The notes under the pieces were generated by a model. It saw nothing but the letters and a program-made list of their open reading frames with translations, was not told the DNA's origin and ran no database searches. From Myxococcota bacterium (GTDB lineage: Bacteria; Myxococcota_A; UBA796; CAJQPC01), in NCBI GenBank assembly GCA_036229005.1, contig JAZAMN010000007.1:1-64000 (forward strand): a stretch of 64,000 nucleotides of DNA, in the 5' to 3' direction. A program made the position numbers and the translations under genes. How positions within the stretch are numbered: the stretch's first letter is position 1; every line of letters starts with the position of its first letter. This document shows, piece by piece, positions 55,976 to 64,000 of this stretch.

Positions 55976-58609
55976 GTGAACGCAACCGAGATCCGTCGTC
56001 GCTTCCTGTCCTTCTTCGAGCAGCGGGGCCACAAGGTCCTGCCCAGCTCCGCTCTGATTCCGGAGCGGGACCCCACCCTGTTCTTCGTGAACGCGGGCAT
56101 GGTCCAGTTCAAGAACATCTTCACCGGTGTGGAGGCGCCCAAGCAGCCGCGGGCGACCACCTCCCAGAAGTGCCTGCGCGTCTCCGGCAAGCACAACGAC
56201 CTGGAGATCGTGGGTCAGACCCCTCGGCACCACACCTTCTTCGAGATGCTCGGGAACTTCTCCTTTGGCGACTACTTCAAGGAGCAGGCGATCGAGCACG
56301 CCTGGACCCTGCTGACCTCCTCCGAGGAGGCCGGCGGCTTCGCCCTGGACCCCAGCCGCCTCTGGGTCACCGTCTACCAGGACGATGACGAGGCCTACGA
56401 CATCTGGACCCAAAAGATGGGCGTGCCCGCAGAGCGCGTGCAGCGCCTGGGCGAGAAGGACAACTTCTGGTCCATGGGCGACACCGGCCCCTGCGGCCCC
56501 TGCTCCGAGATCCACTGGGACCACGGCCCCGAGCACGGGGACGACGAGAACGGTCCCGCAGGCGAGACCGACCGCTACGTGGAGATCTGGAACCTGGTCT
56601 TCATGCAGTACGAGCGGCATGAGGACGGCAGCCAGACCGACCTCCCCTCCCCCAGCATCGACACCGGCATGGGCCTCGAGCGGCTGGCCGCCATCAAGCA
56701 GGGCGTCTACTGGAACTACGACACCGACCTGTTCCAGGGCGTGATCAAGGCCGCCTCCGAGCTGGCCGGGAAGCCCTACACCGGCAGCACCAGCGCCGAC
56801 GACATGGCCATGCGCGTCATCGCCGACCACGCCCGCTCCGCCACCTTCCTGGTGGCCGACGGCGTGATGCCCACCAACGAGGGCCGCGGCTACGTCCTCC
56901 GCCGCATCATGCGCCGGGCCATCCGCTACGGCGTCAAGCTCGGCCTGGAGGAGCCCTTCCTCTGGCGCGCTGCCCAGCAGATCATCCAGGACATGGCCCC
57001 GGCCTACCCCGCCCTCAAGGAGCGCGAGACCTTCATCCTGGAGGTCATCCGCGGAGAGGAGGAGCGCTTCGCCCTCACCCTGGCCAAGGGCCTGGAGCTG
57101 CTGGAAAAGGCCATGGAGGAGTGCGGCGGCACCCTGGACGGAGAGGTCGTCTTCACCCTCTTCGACACCTACGGCTTCCCCAAGGATCTGACCGCCCTGA
57201 TCGCCGGCGAGCGCGACATCGCCATCGACCTGGAGGGCTATGAGCAGGCCATGGAGGCCCAGAAGGCCCGCAGCCGAGCCGGGGCCAAGGGCTCCGGAGA
57301 CATCGCCCTGAGCGGGCTGGAGGCCGACCTGGCCGCTGAGCTCAGCGAGACCACCTTCCTGGGCTACGACACCGATGAGGGCGAGAGCACCGTCCTGGCG
57401 CTGATCCAGGAGGGCGAGCGCGTCCGCAGCATTCAGTCCGGAAAGGCCTCCATCGTGACCGCCGCCACCCCCTTCTACGCCGAGTCCGGCGGCCAGGTGG
57501 GCGACAGCGGGCGCATCCAGTGGGAGGGCGGCTCCTTCCGCGTCCTGGACACCCGCAAGGCCCCCGGTGGCCTGCACATGCACGTGGGCGAGCTGGAGTC
57601 CGGCAACCTCGCACAAGGGGACACGGTCACCCTCTTCGTCGACGGCTCCCGCCGCGACCGCACCCGCCTGAACCACAGCGCGACCCACTTGCTGCACGCC
57701 GCCCTGCGCGAGGTCCTGGGTGACCACGTCCAGCAGAAGGGCTCCCTGGTGGACGACGCCCGCCTGCGCTTCGACTTCTCCCACCACAAGTCGGTCAGCT
57801 CCGAGGAGCTGCAGGCCATCGAAGACCGCGTCTACCAGCAGGTCCTGGCCAACACCCCCGTGAACACCGCCCTCAAGGACCTGGAGCAGGCCAAGGCCGA
57901 CGGCGCCATGGCCCTGTTCGGCGAGAAGTACGACGACTTGGTCCGCGTGGTCAGCATGGGCACCCCCGGCTTCTCCACCGAGCTCTGCGGCGGCACCCAC
58001 GTCTCCGCCACCGGCGACATCGGACTCTTCAAGATCACCTCCGAGTCCGGCGTCGCCGCTGGTGTGCGCCGCATCGAGGCGGTCACCGGAGCGGGCGCCA
58101 TGGCCTGGGTGCGGGCCCGGGACGCTGCCGCGACCGCCGCAGCCTCCAGCCTGCGCGCCAGCGTGGACCAGCTCCCCGAAGCCATCGAGCGCCTGCAAGC
58201 AGACCGCAAGCGCCTGGAGAAGGAGCTCTCCGAGCTGCGCACCAAGCTGGCCCGGCAAGCCGCCGGTGACCTCAGCAGCCAGGCCCGCGAGATCGACGGC
58301 ATCAAGGTGCTGGCCGCTGAGCTGCCCGCGGACGTCGACACCCTGCGCAAGGAGGCCGACCGCCTCCGGGACAAGCTGGGGACCGCACTGGTGGTCCTGG
58401 CGACCCGGCAGGGTGGCGTGAAGATCATCGCCGCCGCGACCAAGGACGTCGCCGGCAAACGCGTGCACGCCGGCAACATCGTCCGCGAGGTCGCCAAGGC
58501 TGTTGGCGGTGGTGGCGGTGGCCGCCCCGACATGGCCCAGGCCGGCGGCAAGGATCCCGAGAAGCTGCCCGAGGCCCTGGAGCTCGTCTACACCCTCGTG
58601 AAGGGCTGA
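55976..58609 (+). CDS. alaS: Alanine--tRNA ligase, 877 aa
   Basis: FVNAGMVQFK, HHTFFEMLGNFSFGDYFK, NHSATHLL, ELCGGTH, GGGGGGRP; GTG start with GGAG SD. Confidence 0.99.
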   Translation: MNATEIRRRFLSFFEQRGHKVLPSSALIPERDPTLFFVNAGMVQFKNIFTGVEAPKQPRATTSQKCLRVSGKHNDLEIVGQTPRHHTFFEMLGNFSFGDYFKEQAIEHAWTLLTSSEEAGGFALDPSRLWVTVYQDDDEAYDIWTQKMGVPAERVQRLGEKDNFWSMGDTGPCGPCSEIHWDHGPEHGDDENGPAGETDRYVEIWNLVFMQYERHEDGSQTDLPSPSIDTGMGLERLAAIKQGVYWNYDTDLFQGVIKAASELAGKPYTGSTSADDMAMRVIADHARSATFLVADGVMPTNEGRGYVLRRIMRRAIRYGVKLGLEEPFLWRAAQQIIQDMAPAYPALKERETFILEVIRGEEERFALTLAKGLELLEKAMEECGGTLDGEVVFTLFDTYGFPKDLTALIAGERDIAIDLEGYEQAMEAQKARSRAGAKGSGDIALSGLEADLAAELSETTFLGYDTDEGESTVLALIQEGERVRSIQSGKASIVTAATPFYAESGGQVGDSGRIQWEGGSFRVLDTRKAPGGLHMHVGELESGNLAQGDTVTLFVDGSRRDRTRLNHSATHLLHAALREVLGDHVQQKGSLVDDARLRFDFSHHKSVSSEELQAIEDRVYQQVLANTPVNTALKDLEQAKADGAMALFGEKYDDLVRVVSMGTPGFSTELCGGTHVSATGDIGLFKITSESGVAAGVRRIEAVTGAGAMAWVRARDAAATAAASSLRASVDQLPEAIERLQADRKRLEKELSELRTKLARQAAGDLSSQAREIDGIKVLAAELPADVDTLRKEADRLRDKLGTALVVLATRQGGVKIIAAATKDVAGKRVHAGNIVREVAKAVGGGGGGRPDMAQAGGKDPEKLPEALELVYTLVKG

Positions 58610-58707
58610 ACACCGGGCGCGCCGCCCGGCGTGGACTTTCGTTGCCAAGGTCTTAAGACTCCCCTCCCCCAGGCCGCGCGCGCCGCGGCCTCACCCAGGA
58701 GTGTGAG

Positions 58708-59475
58708 ATGCAGATCGAAGGAGCCAAGGTCCTCGTCACCGGCGGTGCCTCCGGCATGGGCCGCCACTTTGTGTTGGAGCTGGCCAAGGCCGGCGCCGAC
58801 GTCGCCTTCTGTGACCTGAACGCGGACGGCATCAAGGCTGTCGAGGCCGAGGGCGCAGACCTGGCCGGCAAGGTCGTCGGCTTCCAGGCCAACGTGGCCG
58901 ACGAGGACTCCGTCGTCGCCCTGGTCAAGGACGCCGCCGAGACCCTGGGCGGCCTGACCGTCCTGGTGAACAACGCGGGCATCTTCCGCGACGGCCTCCT
59001 GGTCAAGAAGGACCGCGAGACCGGCGAGATCAAGAAGATGTCCCTGCGCAAGTGGCAGTCGGTCATCGACGTCGACCTGACCGGCCCCTTCCTGGTCACC
59101 CGCGAGTTCGCCGCCCAGGCCATCGAGGCCGCCAACGACGCCTCCGTCGTGGTGAACATCAGCTCCATCGCCCGCCACGGCAACCGGGGCCAGACCAACT
59201 ACTCGGCCGCCAAGGCCGGTCTGATCGCCGACACGCGCCTCTGGGCCGTCGAGCTCAGCCGCTACGGCATCCGCACCGGCGCTGTGGCCCCCGGCTTCGT
59301 GGACACCCCCATCCTGGAGGGCATGCCCCCCGAGGTGCTGCAGTCCATGCTCAAGCCCGTCCCCCTGCGGCGCGTCGCCAAGGCCCAGGAGATCTACCTG
59401 GCCGTGAAGTTCATCATCGAGTGCGACTACTTCACCGGCCGCTGCATCGACGTGGACGGCGGCCTCAATCTCTGA
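58708..59475 (+). CDS. SDR family oxidoreductase (FabG-like), 255 aa
   Basis: TGGASGMG, NNAG, YSAAK, PG. Confidence 0.93.
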   Translation: MQIEGAKVLVTGGASGMGRHFVLELAKAGADVAFCDLNADGIKAVEAEGADLAGKVVGFQANVADEDSVVALVKDAAETLGGLTVLVNNAGIFRDGLLVKKDRETGEIKKMSLRKWQSVIDVDLTGPFLVTREFAAQAIEAANDASVVVNISSIARHGNRGQTNYSAAKAGLIADTRLWAVELSRYGIRTGAVAPGFVDTPILEGMPPEVLQSMLKPVPLRRVAKAQEIYLAVKFIIECDYFTGRCIDVDGGLNL

Positions 59476-59497
59476 GGGCCTCCGAACGCGGAGCCTG

Positions 59498-59538
59498 GCC
59501 CCGGTCGCCTCTTCGGCGGCTGGGGCTCGCTGCTCTGG
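59498..59538. terminator. Hairpin between convergent genes
   Basis: GCCCCGGTCGCC-TCTTC-GGCGGCTGGGGC then TCGCTGCTCTGG. Confidence 0.6.
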
Positions 59539-59544
59539 CCTTCG

Positions 59545-60351
59545 CTATTCTGCGGCCTGCTGCTCGGGCGTCTCCGCGACCTGAGCGCCACCGAGCTGCG
59601 GGTGGCTGCGCATCAGGCGGCGCAGCGAGCGGCTCTCGGGGTGGTCCTCCCCCAGCTTCTTTGCGATCTCGCGGGCCATGTCCTGGTCACCCAACTCGTA
59701 GCGCGCGATGGCGAGCATCCGCAGCGCCTCAGGGGCGTCGTCGCAGTCCGGGTAGGCGCTCAGCAGGCCCTCCATCCGGCCGACGACCGCAACCCAGGCC
59801 TCACGCTTGAAGTAGAAGCTCCCGATCTGGAACTCCTTGTGCGCCAGGCGGTTCCGCGCCTGGTTCATGTAGTCGTTGACCTCGTCGACATACTCGCTGT
59901 CGGCGAAGCGCGTATCAAAACCAGTCCAGGTGTTGAGGGCGTGTCTGGTCCACGCCTGATCCCTGTTCGTGATCTTGGGGGCCTTCTTCCAGGAGGTCAG
60001 ACCCAGGCGGTAGACGACGTAGTCCACGTCCTCGTGGCGGGGGTGCAGCCTCAGGAAATCTTCATAGGCCATGCGGGCCTGATCCCACTCGGACTGGTCG
60101 AAGTAGAGGTCCGCGATGGCCAGCTCGGCCTTCACCGCGTAGGGGTCGTCGCGGTGGTAGTTCCGGATGCGGTTGAACTGCTCGAGCGCCTTCACGTAGT
60201 AGCCGCGCTTGAGGTACTTGAGCCCCAGCTCGTACTGCTCCTGGACGCTCAGCTCCTCCTTGGGACCGAAGACCCCGGCGTTGTCCTGAGGGGGCTGTGA
60301 CTGCGCGAAGGCAGGTCCACAGAGCGTGGCGATGAGAAGGGCTAGGCGCAT
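59545..60351 (-). CDS. bamD: Outer membrane protein assembly factor BamD, 268 aa
   Basis: TPRs; YEDFLRLHPRH..V.Y..Y..GL, RDQ, LA.KE..IG.FY; GAGG SD before ATG 60351. Confidence 0.88.
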   Translation of the reverse strand: MRLALLIATLCGPAFAQSQPPQDNAGVFGPKEELSVQEQYELGLKYLKRGYYVKALEQFNRIRNYHRDDPYAVKAELAIADLYFDQSEWDQARMAYEDFLRLHPRHEDVDYVVYRLGLTSWKKAPKITNRDQAWTRHALNTWTGFDTRFADSEYVDEVNDYMNQARNRLAHKEFQIGSFYFKREAWVAVVGRMEGLLSAYPDCDDAPEALRMLAIARYELGDQDMAREIAKKLGEDHPESRSLRRLMRSHPQLGGAQVAETPEQQAAE

Positions 60352-60468
60352 CGAATTCCTCGGCAAAGAGCATTAGCCCACGCAGAAGGGCCCCACCACT
60401 GTTGACGCGCCCGCGATGCGTTCCTAGGGAGGGGGAACCGGCCCCCCGGTCCCCCATCTGGAGTCACA

Positions 60469-60735
60469 ATGTCCGAAGCAGCCCCCCCCACCGCGCACAA
60501 CCAGGCCCCCCCCGTCACCTTCTACACCTTCGTGGTCTCCCTGGGTCAGGCCGCCATGCAGCACCTGAGCGTCGACGCCCCCTCCCAGGACGACCTCCTG
60601 CTGGCCGACAACACCATCCAGACCCTCGACCTCCTCAAGGAGAAGACCCAGGGCAACCTGGACGATGAGGAGACCCGCCTGCTCGAGGCCATCCTCTCCG
60701 AGCTCCAGACCAAGCGCGCCTCGGCACAGGCCTGA
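60469..60735 (+). CDS. DUF1844 domain protein, 88 aa
   Basis: F..FV.SL...A...L, L.LL.EKT.GNL...E..LL..IL.EL. Confidence 0.85.
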   Translation: MSEAAPPTAHNQAPPVTFYTFVVSLGQAAMQHLSVDAPSQDDLLLADNTIQTLDLLKEKTQGNLDDEETRLLEAILSELQTKRASAQA

Positions 60736-60786
60736 ACACCGCGGACTGACCCGCGGTCAAAAAAGCCGAGCAACGCGGCCCAGGGG

Positions 60787-60804
60787 GGTGGACGAGCGTC
60801 CACC
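60787..60804. promoter_or_regulatory. Perfect 8-2-8 palindrome, candidate operator
   Basis: GGTGGACG-AG-CGTCCACC, about 50 nt upstream of ATG 60854. Confidence 0.4.
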
Positions 60805-60853
60805 AACCTTGTACTCTTCCGAGCCTCAAGTCCCGTTTCGGAGGAGACACCCC

Positions 60854-61876
60854 ATGTTGAACGCACTCTCTCTCATCGCGCTCTCGCTCGTTGCCTGCAA
60901 GGACGACGGTGACACCGGCGACACCGCTCCCGCTTGTACCGTCGAGGTCTCCTCGACCCTCCCCGCCAGCGGCGAGACCAACTTCTACTACCGCAGCCAG
61001 ATCGAGGCGAGCCTCTCCGAGGCCGACAGCACCGCCGAGATCACCATGGACGGCGTCTCCGGCACGAGCTGGCTGTCCGACGACAGCAAGACCGTCTACT
61101 TCACCCCGGACGCTCCGCTGGACCCCTCCACCAGCTACAGCTACACCGTGAACTACTGCGGTGGCGCCCCCAGCATCGACTTCACCACCAGCGACCTGGG
61201 CGCCGCGATCGCCGACCCCAGCAGCCTCGTGGGCAACGTCTACGCCCTGGACCTGCAGGCTGACAGCGTCCGCATCGTCATCCCCGAGGACGTCGGCTCC
61301 GTGCTCGAGCAGTACCTCGAGGTCGCTCTCCTCCTTGAGGTCAGCGCCGCTGACGCCTCCGAGATCGACATGTTCGGCGCCATCGCCAGCGAGGACGACA
61401 GCGAGGCGCAGGAGTACTGCGACCCCACCCTCGCCTTCCCCACCGCTGACTTCTCCGGCGCCCCCTACTTCCAGCTCGGCCCCCAGACCACCACCATCTC
61501 CGCCGCTGGCTACAGCGTCGAGATCATGGACCTGTTCATCTCCGGCGACTTCGCCGCTGACGGCAGCTACTGGGGCGGTGGCGTCCTGCAGGGCATGGTG
61601 GACACCCGTCCCCTCGTCCCCCTGCTCGAGGACTGCGACGCCGACGGCTCCACCGAGGACACCGCGGACGACTGTGACGACAACGGCATCTGCGAGCTCG
61701 TCGAGGGCTTCGGTGTGGAGTGTGAGGACTGCGGCGGCGGTGAGAACTACTGCCTCGAGATCCGCGCTGAGGGCCTGGGCGGCGACAAGATCGACACCGA
61801 TCTGGTCGAGGTCGAGGACAACGACTGCCACGAGCTCTGCGACGCCTCCGCAGAGAACCCCGAGTGCAACCCCTGA
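60854..61876 (+). CDS. Acidic Cys-rich lipoprotein with Ig-like (Big_5-like) domain, 340 aa
   Basis: GGAGGAG SD, lipobox LVAC, FTP..PL..ST.Y...FTT. Confidence 0.8.
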   Translation: MLNALSLIALSLVACKDDGDTGDTAPACTVEVSSTLPASGETNFYYRSQIEASLSEADSTAEITMDGVSGTSWLSDDSKTVYFTPDAPLDPSTSYSYTVNYCGGAPSIDFTTSDLGAAIADPSSLVGNVYALDLQADSVRIVIPEDVGSVLEQYLEVALLLEVSAADASEIDMFGAIASEDDSEAQEYCDPTLAFPTADFSGAPYFQLGPQTTTISAAGYSVEIMDLFISGDFAADGSYWGGGVLQGMVDTRPLVPLLEDCDADGSTEDTADDCDDNGICELVEGFGVECEDCGGGENYCLEIRAEGLGGDKIDTDLVEVEDNDCHELCDASAENPECNP

Positions 61877-61897
61877 GTCGGGTCCCACTCGCACCCT

Positions 61898-61936
61898 GAG
61901 CAGGGAGGGCCTCGGGTCCTCCCTGTTCTGCTCTGG
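61898..61936 (+). terminator. Intrinsic terminator-like hairpin
   Basis: GAGCAGGGAGGGCC-TCG-GGTCCTCCCTGTTC then TGCTCTGG. Confidence 0.7.
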
Positions 61937-62009
61937 AGGTGGCGGTAAGGCCGGCGCCCCTTGAGCCCCCCACCGCTTTTCGCCTATGTTGGCCCATCCC
62001 GGAGCCCCA

Positions 62010-63029
62010 ATGCTGACTTCCATCTCCCTGCTTCTCGCCCTGGTCGCCTGCGAGGGTGACGACGGCACCCTGAACCTGGACGACACCTCCACCGAGTCCG
62101 ACGCCGACACCGACGCCGACAGCGACTCGGACACCGACGCCGACGCCGACACCGACTCGGACGCCGACACCGACTGCAGCCTGCCCATCAACTACCTGGA
62201 CCCGGGCAACGGCACCGTCTCGGTGAACATCAACGTCGCCCCCACCGTCTGGTTCGACGACGCCACCGCGGCCGACGCCAGCGAGGTGAGCGCCACCCTG
62301 TCCGACAGCGCGGGTGAGATCGCAGGCGCCATCCAGCTCCTCAACGGCGGCGCTGGCGCGGAGTTCGTGCCCGACAGCCCCCTGGATCGCGACACCCAGT
62401 ACACCTTCGTGGTCGAGACCTGCGACGACAGCGAGAGCAGCAAGTTCACCACCGTCACCGGCCCCATCGAAGACAGCCTGGTCGGCAACGTGTACGTGGT
62501 CGATCTGACCGAGGTGACCTGGACCTCCCCCGACGCGACCATCGGGAACTACCTGGTGGACAGCCTGGACGCCAAGTTCATGCTCGCCAAGGTCGAGGCC
62601 CAGTCCGAGACCGAGGTCGACATGGTCGGCGCCTCCGCGTGGGACGACAGCGGCTCCGTCGAGCAGTTCCCCTGCATCGCGCCCATCGACTTCGAGCCCG
62701 CCGACTTCACCGGCAACCCCGCGTTCACCGTCGGCCCCGAAGACACCACCCTGGGCTCCGGCAGCTTCGAGGTGGACGTCTACGAGTTCGAGTTCTCCGG
62801 CTCCTTCGCGGACGGCGGCGACAACGTCCAGAACCTCCGCATCCGCGGCTACGCCGACATCGGTGAGGAGTACTGCGGCTACCTCGAGATCTTCGGCAGT
62901 AGCTGCGAGGCCTGCCCCGACGGCTCCGAGACCTGCGTGCTGCTCGACATCACCGACAGCGAGGCGCCCCTGATCGACGCAACGCTGGACGAGAACCTCG
63001 ACCCGGCCGACTACCCCGAGTGCAACTGA
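62010..63029 (+). CDS. Paralogous acidic Cys-rich lipoprotein with DxD linker and Ig-like domain, 339 aa
   Basis: GGAG SD, lipobox LVAC, DADTD repeats (62100-62174); shares SLVGNVY..DL and PECN with the upstream gene. Confidence 0.8.
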   Translation: MLTSISLLLALVACEGDDGTLNLDDTSTESDADTDADSDSDTDADADTDSDADTDCSLPINYLDPGNGTVSVNINVAPTVWFDDATAADASEVSATLSDSAGEIAGAIQLLNGGAGAEFVPDSPLDRDTQYTFVVETCDDSESSKFTTVTGPIEDSLVGNVYVVDLTEVTWTSPDATIGNYLVDSLDAKFMLAKVEAQSETEVDMVGASAWDDSGSVEQFPCIAPIDFEPADFTGNPAFTVGPEDTTLGSGSFEVDVYEFEFSGSFADGGDNVQNLRIRGYADIGEEYCGYLEIFGSSCEACPDGSETCVLLDITDSEAPLIDATLDENLDPADYPECN

Positions 63030-63053
63030 GCCCAGCGGCTTTGAGCTGAACTC

Positions 63054-63089
63054 GGAGAGGGCGCCTGCGGGCGTCCTCTTCTGCTCTGG
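63054..63089. terminator. Hairpin between convergent genes
   Basis: GGAGAGGGCGCC-TGCG-GGCGTCCTCTTC then TGCTCTGG. Confidence 0.7.
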
Positions 63090-63124
63090 GTCCCCTCAGC
63101 CCAGCTCTCCGGGAGAGGAGCGGA

Positions 63125-64000
63125 TCAGAGCGCTCGCAGACCCTGGAGCACCGCCTGGAAGTCCGCAGGGAGCTCGGACTCAAAGCGCATCCTCTCCCCC
63201 GTCGAGGGATGGCTGAAGCCAAGCACCCGCGCGTGCAGAAGCTGGTGGTCCAGGTCGTGGATCAGGGCCTGCACCGCCGGGGGCGGCGTCTGGCGGTCTC
63301 GGTACAGCGGGTCACCCAGCAGCGGCCAGCCCTGGCTGCTCATGTGCACCCGGACCTGGTGGGTGCGCCCCGTCTCCAGGCGGCAGGCCATCAGCGTGCT
63401 GCGGTGCAGGCGCTCGACGACGCTCCAGTGCGTGCGTGCCCAGCGGCCCTTGCCCTCTTCGACCGGCGCGAAGCGCAGGCGGTCGTTGTCCCGGCGGCCC
63501 AGCCAGCCCTCGACCGTGCCGGCGTCCAGCTCGGGGGCCCCCAGCACCAGCGCGCGGTACTCCCGCTCCGCCGTGTGCGCCGAGAACTGCTCCTTGAGGT
63601 GCTGGTGTGCCCGGTCGTTCTTGGCGACCACCATCACGCCGCTCGTGCCCTTGTCCAGGCGGTGGACGATGCCCGGCCGCTCGACGCCGCCGATGCCGGA
63701 GAGGTCATCCACCGCGTGCAGCAGCCCGTGCACCAGCGTGCCGGTGTCGTGCCCCTTGGAGGGGTGCACCACCATGCCCGCCCGCTTGTTGACCACCACC
63801 AGATCGGCGTCCTGGTACAGGATCTCCAGATCCAGGTCCTCGGGCAGCAGCGACATGGCCTCGGGTTCGGGGACCGTGACCTCCACCTGTTGACCAGGGA
63901 CCAGCCGGGCCGACGGTGAGCTGCGGATTTGCCCGTCCACCCGAACCTCGCCCCCTTCGATCAGGGACTTGGCGCGGCTGCGGGAGAGGTCGGGGAGCAT
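63125..64000 (-). CDS. rluD: RluA-family pseudouridine synthase (RluD-like, S4 domain), 5' end probably truncated by the window edge
   Basis: SRSR...I..G.V.VDG S4 domain, VVNK.AG.VVHP, HRLDKGTSG, LETGRTHQVRVH. Confidence 0.88.
   Translation of the reverse strand: MLPDLSRSRAKSLIEGGEVRVDGQIRSSPSARLVPGQQVEVTVPEPEAMSLLPEDLDLEILYQDADLVVVNKRAGMVVHPSKGHDTGTLVHGLLHAVDDLSGIGGVERPGIVHRLDKGTSGVMVVAKNDRAHQHLKEQFSAHTAEREYRALVLGAPELDAGTVEGWLGRRDNDRLRFAPVEEGKGRWARTHWSVVERLHRSTLMACRLETGRTHQVRVHMSSQGWPLLGDPLYRDRQTPPPAVQALIHDLDHQLLHARVLGFSHPSTGERMRFESELPADFQAVLQGLRAL

Noticed and set aside
60738..60764. Terminator after the DUF1844 gene
   Set aside because: The ACCGCGG hairpin is followed by an A-run on +, so neither strand has a U-tract 3' of the stem.

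Overview
GC-rich (roughly 70%) bacterial chromosome segment, most likely an uncultured Myxococcota/deltaproteobacterial lineage. The inference rests on Cys/Asp-rich MopE-type repeat lipoproteins, DxD linkers, a Myxococcus-type LexA box and cinA-recA-pilT-alaS synteny. The left edge is non-coding: a probable IS end abuts two inverted arrays of 31-bp tandem repeats and a 62-bp duplication. Next come a Cys-rich surface lipoprotein, a ferritin-like diiron protein + DUF692 (MNIO) + partner trio with no visible precursor peptide, tandem cNMP-binding proteins, acidic lipoproteins, an ABC-2 exporter and a cytochrome b5/beta-barrel fusion. A partial capsule/EPS locus follows (wzi, wzc, priming transferase, wza, WecB/TagA and GT4 glycosyltransferases; no wzx/wzy seen). 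Also present are three membrane-anchored AlkP-superfamily enzymes, a DUF362 Fe-S operon, a wHTH-ATPase-TPR regulator, a sigma54-driven lipoprotein, and housekeeping genes (ruvX, cinA, recA, pilT-like, alaS, SDR, bamD, RluD-type). No rRNA, tRNA or CRISPR array was seen. Many starts were re-called downstream of the ORF-track starts. All family calls are by-eye motif recognition, not database searches.
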